A stretch of DNA of 64,000 nt from an uncultured Verrucomicrobiae bacterium. Its GTDB lineage: Bacteria; Verrucomicrobiota; Verrucomicrobiia; Limisphaerales; Palsa-1400. The position numbers were made by a program, and so were the translations under genes. The stretch covers positions 224,001 to 288,000 of the forward strand of contig CAVXRD010000003.1 in assembly GCA_963764165.1 (NCBI GenBank), in the 5' to 3' direction. The notes under the pieces were generated by a model that was given only the letters and a program-made list of their open reading frames with translations, was not told the DNA's origin and searched no databases. Shown in pieces: positions 27,341 through 39,249 of this stretch. How positions within the stretch are numbered: position 1 is the stretch's first letter; each line of letters starts with the position of its first letter.

Positions 27341-30300
27341 ATGACCCGCCGCCTAAGGAATTTAAGACAATCAGCGCGAGGTCTGCAAATTTTGGGTTTT
27401 GCGTGCTGGTGTGTCTTTGCCGCCGCCGCAGCCGACGAACCTCCCGCCGCAAGGCCGGGAAGGATTGTCACCCATTATGCGCTGACGGCCCCCGCGCACC
27501 TGCATTTAGACTCCCACGACGGCTCTGCGCCAAGGGACTGGCGGCTTTTGGCCTCCAATGACGACGGGCGCACATGGCAGACAATTGATGCGCGCACCAA
27601 TGAATTGTTTGCCACAAATCACCTGCGCCGGGAGTTTGCGGTCACCAATCGAACCTCCTACAACACCTACCGGCTGGAAGTAATTCGCACACGGGATGCC
27701 ACCGAAACGGCCAGTCTTGCCGAACTGGAGCTCATGGGTCCCATCACCGGCTTGACCAACGAGGCGAAACTGAGGACGAAGATTTCGTCATCGCGGGCGC
27801 ACCCCTTAAGGTTGTCAGCGGCTCAGGCATTTGACGGAGATGCGACGACGGACTGGTTTGACTTCGGAGTTGGTCCTGAGGGCGGGCACTGGCTGCAGTG
27901 CGAGTACACGACCAATGCGGACATCGTGGTGGACAATATCGCGCAGTTGAACCTGATCGGCCGCAGTCTTGCCATGCGCGATACATTTGCCGACCAGGCT
28001 TCACAAGTCGATTCTGCCTTTATCGCCCTCTCAAACGGGCCGACGCGCACACTCGTCGGCTATTCTCTGACCTCCGCCAACGATTTTTATCCGCGCGATC
28101 CGACTGACTGGCAATTGCTGGCATCGAATGACCGCGGCAAGACTTGGGACGTTTTGGATGTTCGCCGGAGCGAGACATTTCCGAAACGGCTGCAGAAAAC
28201 GGGATTTTGTCCTGCAAAAACCCGCCTCCTATGCGCTCTACCGGCTTCAGATTGATTCCGTATTCGCGCCGCCTTTGGCCAATTCTGTGCAACTGGCGGA
28301 AATCGAGCCCCACTGGGCGGAAGGAGAAAACACCACTGGGTTGTCGCTGGTTGTCTCGGCGCACGGAGAAAACCATCCTTGGGAAACAATTCAACGCGCT
28401 TTCGACAGAGACTTGACCACCAAATGGCTGGATTTTTCCGGTTCACCGACCAATAGAGCCAGTTGGATTCAATGGCAATTTGCCGCAATCGACGGACCTC
28501 CCGTGGTCAGCTTGGACCGGCTGGGCACGAGCCGGGCGCAGCAGATGAATGCAACCAAGCTCGATTTGCAAGCAGTCGTGGTGGGACGCGGGACCACGAG
28601 CATCAGCCTTGCGGATCGCAGCGGATTCATTGTGATCCGTCTGACTTGGCCGCAGGGGGAGGGACAGCCGGGCGACAAAGTGCGATTGAGGGGCGATGTG
28701 GAATTTGTCAATGGCAAGCCGTTGCTGGCGCATCCTGAATTGACGGTTCTGGGCCGGGTGCCGTCCGCGGCGCCAGCGCAGGCGGGCCAGTCGTCGGAAG
28801 CGAGCCAGGATTACGCATGGGGCACCGTCGAAGGTGATGCAGAAGTTCTGGCCCAGGAATCGGATTATTCAACCATCCGGCTGACGTCCTCGGACGGCAC
28901 GAACGTTGTGCTAGCCCGGCTCCTCAATCCGTATCGGCGTCAGCTTCCCAATCCATTGAATTGCCGTTTGCGGGTTCGAGGCGTGGTGGAATCTGTTTCC
29001 GATGGAAATGGCCGTATCATCCCGGGAATTGTGTGGGTTTCCAAATTCGACGATGTCGCGCTGATTGCCCCGCAGGCCAAGAACTGGAACCGGCGGCGGG
29101 AATACTCCATAGGAGAACTGATTGGCGCAAAGCCAATGCCAACGGGGCTGGTGCGAGTGACCGGGCTCCTCGATGCCCAGGAGGCCGGGAGGTATCTCGT
29201 CCTAAAGGATGGAACGAATGGAATTCTGGTATTCGATAGGGAATCAAGCGCTCTGCCGCTGAATTCGCGCGTTGAGGCGATGGGTTTTCTGGGGCGAGAG
29301 GGCAATCGCACGATCTTAAGCTGGGCTGCTTGTCGGCCTGCCGGGGAGCAGGCCAAGCCGTCCGAAATGGCCATCGATCTGGAGCATCCTGTCATCGACG
29401 CCGCAGAGGTGAACCGGTTGCGCAATGCCGAACCGGACCGCGTATTCCCTGTGCGCCTGCGGGGAGTGGTCACCTACATCTGCGGGTCGTACATTGCCGA
29501 GGAGAACATCTTCTACCTTCAGGATGGCACCAATGTGGTCAAGTTTTTGAGCGCGGCCGCCGCCGGTTTGACTGATGGCATCCAGCAGGAGGGAATGTGC
29601 GTTGAAGTCAATGGAAAGAACACGCATGACGGCATCACCCCCACCGCCTTTGTCAAATTTCTGGACAAGGGCCGAATGCCCGAGCCCATCAGGAATTCGT
29701 TTCATGCACTGATGCTGCCGCAGAACGCCGGGCGATGGGCGCAGGTCGAAGGCGTGGTGAGCGGATACAATGACGGACGTTTGATGCTGCTGGTGGAAGG
29801 AAAGGAACTTACAGTCTGGGTCAATCAGATCACGCTTGACGATCGCTGCCGTGTCCCCGGCAGCCGGCTCCGTGTCCGCGGCGTGTGTGAGCCGATAGTC
29901 AATGGGCGGGACCAAATGCTGGGGTCGCGCCTCCTTGTTCCTACCAGTGAATGCATTGAAATAATCGCTCCCGGGCCGACGGATCCGTTTTTGCTGCCGA
30001 AGGTCGCCATCGCCTCCATCCTGCAGTTGGGTTCCGGCGTGTCAGAAGCGCAAATGCCGGTGGTCAGGAGCGAGGGCATTGTGACCTACAAAGGGCCTCA
30101 GATGCTGTGCATTCAGGATAAAGACACGGGAATGAGAGTCTTCCTGCAGCGAGAAAGCACGGACATCCAGCGCGGCGATTTCGTTCAGGTGGCGGGACTG
30201 GCATTGCCGGACGGCTTTTCTCCCAAGCTGGTGCAGGCTCTCGCCCGCAAAACTGGCCGGGGGGATTTGCCCGCCGCCAAGGTCACTGATTTTTTTCAGG

Positions 30301-32999
30301 CCTCCGACCAGAGTGGGCAGGACGCCACGCGTGGGGAGGTGGATGCGATATTCGAAGGACAAGGCGCGGGCGATTCCGCCCCGAAACTGGAAATGCTGTG
30401 CGAGTCAACACGGCAGTATTTTTACGCCTATCTTCCCGCGGCTGCCTCCTTGCCGGAGTCGTTGCTCCCGGGCAGTCGTGTCCGCCTGCGCGGCGTCATC
30501 AAGCTTCAGGCCGAAGAAGCTCTGGATGCCAATCAGGTGGTAACGGCCTTTGAGATGTATTTGAACTCGCCCGCGGATATCCAGATCCTGGAGGCCCCGT
30601 CCTGGTGGACGGCCCGGCATACATCGTGGTTGTTGGGTGGGGTGGGATCGGTGCTGATCGTTTCGCTGGGATGGATCAGCTCGTTGCGCCGCCAAGTGAG
30701 ACGGCAAACGCGGGCATTGGAACAAGAAAACGCGGAACGCAAGCAGGCGCAGCTCGAACTGGCCGCCTCGAATGCTGCCCTTCAAACCGAGAATCTCGAA
30801 CGCAGGCAGGCCGAAGAAGTCCTCCGCTCCCAAAAGGAAAAAACCCGGTTGATCATTGATCAAGCGTTCGACGCGGTCGTGACCGCGGACATTGACTTCC
30901 AGATCATCGGCTGGAATGTGGCCGCGGAAAAAACGCTGGGGTGGACGTGCGCGGAGATTTTAGGCCGAAACCTGCTTGACACCATAGTTTCTCCGGACCG
31001 GCGGGAAAAGCGTCGCGCTGATCTGGAACGATTTCGCGCGACAGGAGAATGGTCAGATTTAAATCGCCTGGTCCAAACCACCGCTGTGCACCGCGATGGC
31101 CGGGAACTGCCCATCGAACTGACCATAACGCCCATTCGATTGGGCGAAGACTACATTTTCACTCTTTTCATGAGAGAAATTTCCGACCGCCTGAAGGCCG
31201 AAGCAGCGCTGGCTCATGAGCGCCACCTTCTCGAAAGCCTGCTGGAGAACTCGCCGGACTATATTTATTTCAAGGATCGCGATTCGCGTTTTCTGCGGTG
31301 CAGCGCTGCGCTCCGCAAATTGGTGGGCGGCAGCTCGGGAAACCCCATCGGCAAAACCGACTTTGATTTGTTTACCGAGGAACATGCCCGGCCTGCTTTC
31401 GAGGACGAGCAGGAAATCATTCGCACAGGCCGCCCCCTCATCGGCAAGGTCGAACGGGAAGTGGCCAGAAGCTATCGTGTGTTCTGGACCCTCACCTCCA
31501 AAATGCCCCTGCGAAACCAGGCTGGCGAAATCGTGGGCACCTTTGGCATCTCCAAAGACATTACCAAGCTCAAGCAGGCTGAACTTTCCGCGGTGGCATT
31601 TGCCAAGCTGGGCCAGGATTTGTTTTCAGCGGCCACTGTGGAAATCGCATCCCGAATGGTAGCCGAGGTGGCCTATAAATTATTTAATTATGACGCCTTT
31701 GGCCTTTACGTGTATGTTCCCGAGACCGATGAGGCCCAAGTCGTTCTCGAAAGCGATATCGTCGATGGCCAGCGAACATTTGTAACGGGCACTGAAAAGA
31801 AGCGGCCCAGCAGCAACCTTCGGCGGGTATTAAAGGACGGCCCGGAATTGATCTTGAAAGATGCCTTGGATCCCGCCTCGAATCCCTTTGGCGACAAGAA
31901 CCGTTCTTCCGCTTGCATCATGCGGGTTCCGCTTCGAGTGCTGGCCAAGTCCATCGGCGCGCTGGCGCTCCATAGTTATACTCCAGGAGCCTACGATGCC
32001 AACGACTTGAATTTTCTGCAAACTCTGGCGGATTATTGCAGCGGGGCCTTCGAGCGCATCTGGCGGGAGGAAAACGTGGCGGCGCTGCACCAGAAGCTGC
32101 TGGAAACATCGCGGCAGGCTGGCATGGCGGAAGTGGCCACCAGCGTCCTGCACAACGTTGGAAACGTGCTCAACAGCGTTAATATCTCCGCCAGCATGGT
32201 GGATGAACAGGTGAGAAAGTCGCGGGTGGCCGACGTGGGCCGGCTGGCCAAACTGCTCGAGGAACACACCGGAGACCGCGCCGCCTTTTTGAGCAGCGAT
32301 CCCAGGGGGAAAAAGGTTCCCGAATTCATCTCCCTCCTGGCGGAGCAGCTCGGCTCTGAACAAGCGGCGATATTGGAGGAAGTCTCATCTCTGCGCCAAA
32401 ACGTGGAGCATATCAAAGAAATTGTTGCCATGCAGCAAAGCTATGCACGGGTGTCCGGTGTGTTTGACAACATTAAGGTGGCGGATTTGCTTGAAGATGC
32501 CTTGCGGATGAACGAAGGTTCGCTCGCGCGCCACGGCGTCGAGGTTTTGCGGGATTTCAGCGCTCTGCCGGTGATTTGCACTGACAAACATAAAGTGCTG
32601 CAGATTCTCATCAATCTGGTGCGCAACGCCAAGTATGCCTGTGATGAATCAGGCCGCGGCGATAAACAGGTGATTCTGCGCGCAACCAACCAAGGAGACC
32701 GCGTGACAATCTCCGTCATTGATAACGGAGTTGGCATTCCGCCGGAAAACCTCACACGGATTTTCAGCCACGGGTTTACGACCCGAAAGAACGGCCATGG
32801 CTTCGGCTTGCACAGCGGCGCGCTGGCAGCCAGGGAGCTGGGCGGGTCTCTCACCGCATCCAGTGAAGGCCCCGGCCTTGGCGCCTCTTTTACTCTGGAA
32901 CTGCCGTGCCGCCCTCCTTCTTCTGACGACGAAGCCAAAAAGAAAGACGACCGCACCGAATATGCGCTGAGCATTCCCAAGGAATTCCATGCCCAATAA
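27341..32999 (+). pseudogene. Giant sensor histidine kinase (discoidin-like, repeated beta domains, TM, 2 PAS, GAF, HisKA, HATPase) split by a +1 frameshift near 28196-28199
   Basis: ORF 27341-28255 has a signal peptide and repeats (PRDWRLLASND, PTDWQLLASND); the second repeat continues in ORF 28128-32999 (KRDF...YALYRLQI). H-box SVLHNVGN, DNGVGI, GHGFGL. Real frameshift or sequencing error. Confidence 0.8.
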
Positions 33000-35259
33000 C
33001 TTTAATCGGCGAATTCTGGTGGTTGACGACAATCGGGCGATTCACGACGACTTTCGCAAGATTCTCTCGCCTGTGGCGCAAGGGAGTGCTTATGGAGATA
33101 TCGCGACCGATCTTTTTGGCGAAAGCGCGGAGGAAAATGAGTTCGCCGGCTTCGAGCTCGATGTCGCCTCCCAGGGCCGGGAAGGTTTGGAAATGGTCAA
33201 GCGAGCTGTGGCCGAGGACAGGCCATACAGCGTCGCGTTTATTGATGTTCGCATGCCGCCCGGCTGGGACGGGATCGAAACCACGGCCGAGATCTGGAAA
33301 ATTTGCCCTGAAATGCAAGTGGTTATCTGCACCGCTTATTCGGATTATGACTGGGGCGGCATCAACCGCAAACTCGGCAAGACGGACCATTTGCTCATCC
33401 TCAAGAAACCTTTTGACACGGTGGAAGTGCTGCAAATGGCCGAGACCCTGGCCCAGAAATGGAGCCTGGCCCGACAGGCCAAGTGGCGGTTGTCGGATTT
33501 GGATACGATGGTCAATCAACGCACGCAGGAGCTGCGTGTATCCAATGAGCAGCTTGCCGCGTTTTCCAGTCTGGCCCGCCTCCTGAGCGCACCGCAGACG
33601 ATCAAGGCGGCTGGGCAAATTATTCTCGATACGGCCGATCGCTTGCTTCGCTATGATGCCTGCATGCTGGATCTCTATTCGCCAGACACCGACATTCTCA
33701 CGCCTGTTCTGCATGCCGATGTAATCGGTGGCCAGCGTAAAGAATGCCCTGGGGATTACGCAAATCGCTCGCCTTCGCCGCTGGTGCGAAAGACGCTCCA
33801 GGAGGGAGGGCAGTTGGTGTTGAAAAGCGATCCAGCCCGCATGTTGCCAGGCGGCCATCCCTTCGGAGATACGAGCCGTCCTTCCGCCGCGATCATGTTT
33901 GTCCCCATCCACAACGGCACAACGGTCATCGGCGTCCTCTCGATTCAAAGTTACACACCCAACGCCTACGATCAGCGAAGCCTCCACACCCTGCAAGCCC
34001 TTGCCGATCATTGCGGAGCCGCGCTGAATCGCATCCGGACTGAGGAAGCGCTCCAAAGCACGCAAGAACAACTGCGCCAGTCCCAAAAACTGGAAGCTAT
34101 TGGCCAGCTCGCCGGCGGGGTCGCTCATGACTTTAATAATCTCCTGACCGTTATTGGCGGAAACGCCGATCTGGCGCGCAGCCAAGTCCAGGATTCTTCC
34201 CCGGGCATCACCGAATTTCTCGATCAAATCCGCGCCGCAAGTGATCGGGCGGCCAACCTGACGCGGCAATTGCTCGCCTTTAGCCGAAAGCAGATGATGC
34301 GTTCCCAGCCCGTTGACCTGGCTAGTGTCGTTATGAATCTGAGCAAGATGCTAACGCGGCTCATTGGCGAAAATGTTGAGCTAAGCTGCCGTTACGCTCC
34401 CGGGCTGCCCCCGGTGACGGCTGATATCGGAATGCTCGAACAGGCGCTGGTCAATCTGGTGGTGAATGCCCGTGATGCCATGCCGGACGGGGGGCAACTG
34501 CTCATCACAACCGAACAAGTCACCTACAAGGCGGGCGCCACTCCCTCTCACCCGGAAGCGCGCCCCGGCGATTTTGTCTGCATAACCGTGAAGGACACCG
34601 GCACGGGCATATCCCCTGAAAACCTGTCCCGCGTCTTCGAGCCTTTCTTCACGACAAAAGACGTGGGCAAAGGCACCGGCCTGGGCCTTGCCACCGTGTA
34701 CGGGATTGTCAAGCAGCATCAGGGCTGGATTGAATTGTCCAGCCAGGTTGGCGCAGGCTCCGCTTTCGCCATTTGCCTGCCCGCCTTGGAATCCGCCAGA
34801 CCGGCCTCAAACGAACAAACGCCAGCGGTGGCCGAGTCACCCCACGGCAAGGAAACCGTTCTGCTGGTCGAAGATGAAGAGGCTGTCCGCTTGGTCACTC
34901 GCCTCCTGCTGGAACGATTTGGCTATCGCGTCCTGGAAGCGCGTTCCGGGCGTGATGCTCTAAAAATCTGGGAGTCCGCCGCGCCGGAAGTGGATTTGCT
35001 TTTAACGGATGTCGTGATGCCGGATGGAGTCAATGGCCGCAAACTCGCGGAGGAACTTCGTGAGAAGAAGGCGTCACTTAAAGTCATCTTCCAGAGTGGC
35101 TACGGTGGAGAAATCATGGCTGGCAGCAGCGAATTCCTTCGCGAGTCCAATAGCTACTTCCTGCAAAAGCCCTGCGCCCCGCGGGACCTGCTTTGCGCCG
35201 TGCGGCGCTGCCTGGATGGCCTGCCTGACCTTCTCCAGCAGGTTTCTACGCGGGCTTGA
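32989..35259 (+). CDS. Hybrid histidine kinase REC-GAF-HisKA-HATPase-REC
   Basis: RILVVDDN, IDVRMPPGWDG, AGGVAHDFNNLL, FFTTKDVGKGTGLGL, LLTDVVMP. Confidence 0.95.
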   Translation: MPNNFNRRILVVDDNRAIHDDFRKILSPVAQGSAYGDIATDLFGESAEENEFAGFELDVASQGREGLEMVKRAVAEDRPYSVAFIDVRMPPGWDGIETTAEIWKICPEMQVVICTAYSDYDWGGINRKLGKTDHLLILKKPFDTVEVLQMAETLAQKWSLARQAKWRLSDLDTMVNQRTQELRVSNEQLAAFSSLARLLSAPQTIKAAGQIILDTADRLLRYDACMLDLYSPDTDILTPVLHADVIGGQRKECPGDYANRSPSPLVRKTLQEGGQLVLKSDPARMLPGGHPFGDTSRPSAAIMFVPIHNGTTVIGVLSIQSYTPNAYDQRSLHTLQALADHCGAALNRIRTEEALQSTQEQLRQSQKLEAIGQLAGGVAHDFNNLLTVIGGNADLARSQVQDSSPGITEFLDQIRAASDRAANLTRQLLAFSRKQMMRSQPVDLASVVMNLSKMLTRLIGENVELSCRYAPGLPPVTADIGMLEQALVNLVVNARDAMPDGGQLLITTEQVTYKAGATPSHPEARPGDFVCITVKDTGTGISPENLSRVFEPFFTTKDVGKGTGLGLATVYGIVKQHQGWIELSSQVGAGSAFAICLPALESARPASNEQTPAVAESPHGKETVLLVEDEEAVRLVTRLLLERFGYRVLEARSGRDALKIWESAAPEVDLLLTDVVMPDGVNGRKLAEELREKKASLKVIFQSGYGGEIMAGSSEFLRESNSYFLQKPCAPRDLLCAVRRCLDGLPDLLQQVSTRA

Positions 35260-35504
35260 AGTCCGGTTGCGGCCCGGATGACCTCAACCACAGCCTAAAG
35301 GCAGGCTGTCGGCAAAAGGAATTGAAGGGCTGGCCACAGATTCACACAGATCAACACAGATTTCTGAATTGTCTGAAATGCACAAAGACGAAGGTTCGAT
35401 TGCCTCCCACCGGCCATTCAGCAGAAATGCCGGCCGCGATCCTCATTCGCGCGCACCAGCAGAACCTCCTTGTCTTGCCCCCGCCCGGCTGCTTGCATCA
35501 AGGC

Positions 35505-36767
35505 ATGATCTCGAAAGCACTTAGCGCAATTCGACTCCCGCTCGGCCCCGGCAAATTTCTGCTGGCGATGCTGTTGGCTGTTCGGGTCTGTTGCGGGAGC
35601 GACTATTTTCCACCGCCCGACAGCGAAGGCGGATGGCGCCCTGCAAACGATGCGGCTCAAGTCAGGAAGCGCGCCGGCCTTGACCTTCCTCAAATGGAAC
35701 GGGCGTTTGATTTCACCCAGCGCTGCAGCCAGAACGGAGGATTGCTGGTGGTGCGGCATGGATACCTGGCGTTTGAGAAGTATTTCGGACGCGCGTTTCG
35801 GGACGCAAATCCCGACATGGCGTCCACCGGCAAAGCCGTCACGAGCATCGCGTGTGGAATCATGCTCAGCGAGTTCCACGACAAGATTCCTGAGGGTCTC
35901 GATCAAAAGGTATTTACGGAGAAATACCTGCCCGAAGCATTTCCGTTGGATGATCCAAGGAAGGCCGGCATTACGCTTGGCCAATTGCTTTGCATGACGG
36001 CTGGCTATCATGGCGAAGGGTCCAGTCCAGGAATTACCTATGGAAATGTAATCCCATTGACTCCCGTTCCCGGCCAGAACATTCATGACTTGGACATGTC
36101 TTCGCTTCGCACCGTTCTATGGACAAATCCCGGCGCGGGCTATTCCTATTCCTCCCCTTCCCCGCATATCGCTTCGATAGTGCTGCGCCATGTAACCGGG
36201 ATGGAATTGCAGGATTATATCAATGAGCGTCTCGCCAAACCCATGGGCTGGGGACCGTGGGGATATTGTTTGCACCGTGGAGACTTTCTCATGCCGCACG
36301 CCAACGGAGCCGGCAGCATCGCACTGCACGCGACGGACGCCCTTCGTTTCGGCTACTGCCTTTTGCACCAGGGCAAATGGGGCGCGATGCAGTTGGTTCC
36401 GGCGGACTTCGTTGCGTCGTGCGGCAAACCATCGCCGTTTAATCCGCACTGCCCGTTCAGCTTGATGTTCGAGAACAATTCCGATGGCCACGTCGCCGGC
36501 GCGCCGCGCGATGCATTTTACAAATCCGGCGCGGGCGGATTCGGAATTTTTGTGGTGCCGTCTTTGGACATGGTAATCTACAAACTGGGCGGCAACGACG
36601 GTCAATACGATCCGAAATTGACCGGCCTGCCCCAGAATTTCAGCTACGATGGTTCCCGTGATAATTGGCACCCCATCGCACGAACCCCCTTCAACGAGGG
36701 CAGCATGGGCGGCGACGACGGCTTGAGACGCGTGCTCGAAATGGTTTCGGCCGCGGTGAGAGATTGA
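35505..36767 (+). CDS. Serine hydrolase, beta-lactamase/AmpC-like family (start uncertain)
   Basis: SxxK (STGK), ITLGQLLCMTAG, PGAGYSYS, GAGG...VVPSLDMVI. Confidence 0.85.
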   Translation: MISKALSAIRLPLGPGKFLLAMLLAVRVCCGSDYFPPPDSEGGWRPANDAAQVRKRAGLDLPQMERAFDFTQRCSQNGGLLVVRHGYLAFEKYFGRAFRDANPDMASTGKAVTSIACGIMLSEFHDKIPEGLDQKVFTEKYLPEAFPLDDPRKAGITLGQLLCMTAGYHGEGSSPGITYGNVIPLTPVPGQNIHDLDMSSLRTVLWTNPGAGYSYSSPSPHIASIVLRHVTGMELQDYINERLAKPMGWGPWGYCLHRGDFLMPHANGAGSIALHATDALRFGYCLLHQGKWGAMQLVPADFVASCGKPSPFNPHCPFSLMFENNSDGHVAGAPRDAFYKSGAGGFGIFVVPSLDMVIYKLGGNDGQYDPKLTGLPQNFSYDGSRDNWHPIARTPFNEGSMGGDDGLRRVLEMVSAAVRD

Positions 36768-37002
36768 GGTTCCTCATTTGGAATTGAGTTCTTCGCCACG
36801 GAAGTGATTCTTCACATTGACCAGATGCTCAAGCGTCGGTTGAAAGCGAGGTAGCTCCACTGCCCGTGAAATTCAAACAGGTGACGCTGCCCAACATGCC
36901 AGTGCGCTACGCCGTGGAGGTCGTCAGTCCGCAGGGCTGGACGGTTCGATTGCAAAGCGATTCGGAGGTTCAAACTTTGACCCAACTGTTGCAGGCGCTG
37001 CC

Positions 37003-37338
37003 ATGCTAAACGTGTCGGGCACGACGCGGGTGCTGGTGGCCACGACCCCTGTAGATTTGCGCGGCAGCTTCAACCGACTCTACGGAGTGGTGATAGAACA
37101 TCTGAAGGGCAATCCCCTGTCTGGCAATCTCTATCTGTTCACCAATCGGCGGCACAATCGCATCAAGATTCTATGGTGGGATGGAAGCGGATTGTGGATT
37201 TCCGCAAAACGCTTGGAGCGCGGACGGTTCACCATTCCGGTAAGTGAAAATGGACAGGTCAGTTTGCGCGGCGAAGAGTTCAATGCGCTGATTCACGGGT
37301 TGGTAATCAACGCAAAAAAGGATTGGTATCGGCGTTGA
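37003..37338 (+). CDS. tnpB: IS66 accessory protein TnpB
   Basis: PVDLRGSFNRL, LYLFTNRR, IKILWWDGSG...KRLERGRF. Confidence 0.92.
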   Translation: MLNVSGTTRVLVATTPVDLRGSFNRLYGVVIEHLKGNPLSGNLYLFTNRRHNRIKILWWDGSGLWISAKRLERGRFTIPVSENGQVSLRGEEFNALIHGLVINAKKDWYRR

Positions 37339-37390
37339 ATAATATTTTCACCGAGTTTGAACAAAAGATTTCTACTGCCGTCAGAGATGC

Positions 37391-38127
37391 ATGGCCGACA
37401 CCACGCTGGTTCAAACAGTGGAAGAGTTGAGTGCCCGTGTCGTCACATTGGAGACTGAGAACCGGCTGCTGCGGCAAAAGCTCGACCATATATCCGCCAT
37501 TACTTCGGCGGTCAGCGCAATGAAGGTCTGGACAAACACCAACTCGAACTGCTGCTGCAAGGCTTGCCCAACGTCATCGCATTGCCGACGCCTGAACCCA
37601 AACCTGCGGCAACTTCACGTTCAGGCACACCCCATCCAGTGCGCCGAATGCTGGCCGAAGATAAACTGGAGACGCAGGAGATTGTGATTGAACCACAGGA
37701 AGTTCAGGCACAGCCAGATGGTTGGAAGAAGATCGGCGAAGAACGCACCTGCCAACTCGAATGGGTCGCGCCCAAAATTATCAAACGCGTTTATATCCGT
37801 CCGCGTTACGTAAAACAGGAACGCTTTGCCCTAGCCCCAGTGCCGCCACAACCGATTGAACAAGGCATGGTAGGTCCGGGCTTGCTGGCGCAGATTTTGG
37901 TCAGCAAATATGAATACCATCAACCGCTTTATCCTGAAGCCGGTGAACGTAGCGCGGTGATCTACACGTTGTTGGGCAGTTGTCGGCGGCATGGGATCAA
38001 TCCCTTTGAGTATTTGAAGGATTTGTTCACCTGGCTGCCGGTGGCCAAGATTGCCCAGATTAAGGAGTTCATGCCTGTGGCCTGGGCCAAGGCCAAAGCC
38101 GGGGAGAAAATCGCGCAAGCGGCGTGA
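37391..38127 (+). pseudogene. tnpC: IS66 transposase TnpC, frameshifted and lacking the DDE core
   Basis: Frameshift near 37490 (KLDH / IRHYFGGQRNE); GPGLLAQILVSKYEYHQPLY joins directly to EAGERSAVIYTLLGSCRRHGINPFEYL. Confidence 0.88.
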
Positions 38128-38140
38128 CTCCACCTTTATC

Positions 38141-39157
38141 ATGCCGTTTTCTTGTGATAGCCACAGAATTCCTCAATTTACCCAACGAATGATTGCGCCA
38201 TTGGCAAAATTCATTGATTGGTCAGTTCTTCAATTGGCAGGCGCCGTTGTTGGGCTGAGACATGCGCCCAGGCCAAAATGGAAATTGGAGGAAGCGCTTG
38301 AATTCCTAAATGGGCCGGACTTTATCCCCGCCGCAAGCGATCCGGCGCGGATTGAATTTGATGGGCCGCGGCATTTCACATTTCCCACGCCGCGCCCGTG
38401 CGAAGACGAGGAGAACAACATCGTTTATGGCCGGCTCTATCGGTGTGAGGAACGCTTGCAGGAACGACCGGCGATCATTCTCTTGGATGGCGCTTTTTCC
38501 GTCGGTTATCATACCGCCTTTCCATGGCTGGCCCGCCGGATCAATCGGGCCGGATTCAACGTGGCCACATGGGTCGCTCCCTACGATCTTCAACGCCGTC
38601 CGCGCCGACCCATTAAAGAGAATTGTTTGGAGTTTGCGCGGGTTATGGCACAGAACGTCGCCGAGATTCGCGCGCTGATTGGCTGGCTGCTTGACGAAGG
38701 TTGCCCATCTGTGGGGCTCGTGGGTTTTTCGTTTGGGGGATGGACTGCGGGATTGACTGCGTGCAACGACGCACGCATCGCCTGTGCCGTTCTGACTGTG
38801 CCCGCCGTGCGCATGACGCACTCCCCTCTGCCGGTCGTGTGGCGACGGCTTCGGGAAGCGTTCAAGGCTCTGAGGCCGGCACACGAAGCAATGGATGCTA
38901 CCCGGTTAAATTTGATTTCATCCACGCCAGTCATCCCGAAAGATAATATTTTGTTGATTGAAGGAATCCATGATTTGTTCGCGGAGAGGCAACCGATCGA
39001 GGAACTCTGGCAAAAGTGGGAACAACCTGAAATCTGGCGATTGCCTCACGGCCACATTAGCGGGCTGTTCACGCCGGGCTTGACGGGGCGTGTCCTTCGC
39101 TGGCTGTCGCCCCGCCTGAATGCGCCATCCGTTCAAACAGCTCAAGCGCCCCATTAG
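38141..39157 (+). CDS. Alpha/beta hydrolase
   Basis: GFSFGG nucleophile elbow, GIHD, HGH. Confidence 0.8.
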   Translation: MPFSCDSHRIPQFTQRMIAPLAKFIDWSVLQLAGAVVGLRHAPRPKWKLEEALEFLNGPDFIPAASDPARIEFDGPRHFTFPTPRPCEDEENNIVYGRLYRCEERLQERPAIILLDGAFSVGYHTAFPWLARRINRAGFNVATWVAPYDLQRRPRRPIKENCLEFARVMAQNVAEIRALIGWLLDEGCPSVGLVGFSFGGWTAGLTACNDARIACAVLTVPAVRMTHSPLPVVWRRLREAFKALRPAHEAMDATRLNLISSTPVIPKDNILLIEGIHDLFAERQPIEELWQKWEQPEIWRLPHGHISGLFTPGLTGRVLRWLSPRLNAPSVQTAQAPH

Positions 39158-39249
39158 CCAGTAGCGAGCATCAGCGTCGGAAAGTCATCATCTGGCAGAT
39201 GTGCTTCGTCAGCCGGATACGATGAATGACCCGCAGTGAGTCGGGGTAA

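Larger units (their letters stand above)
36850..38127 (+). mobile_element. Degenerate IS66-family element
   Basis: tnpA C-terminal remnant ending 37009, intact tnpB, frameshifted and internally deleted tnpC; termini not identified. Confidence 0.88.

Noticed and set aside
35333..35361. CACAGAT short repeats
   Set aside because: Too short and degenerate to assign; probably a relic of another REP-like family.
37003..37338. TnpB as an RNA-guided IS200/IS605 nuclease
   Set aside because: It is the unrelated 111-aa IS66 accessory TnpB with no RuvC motifs.
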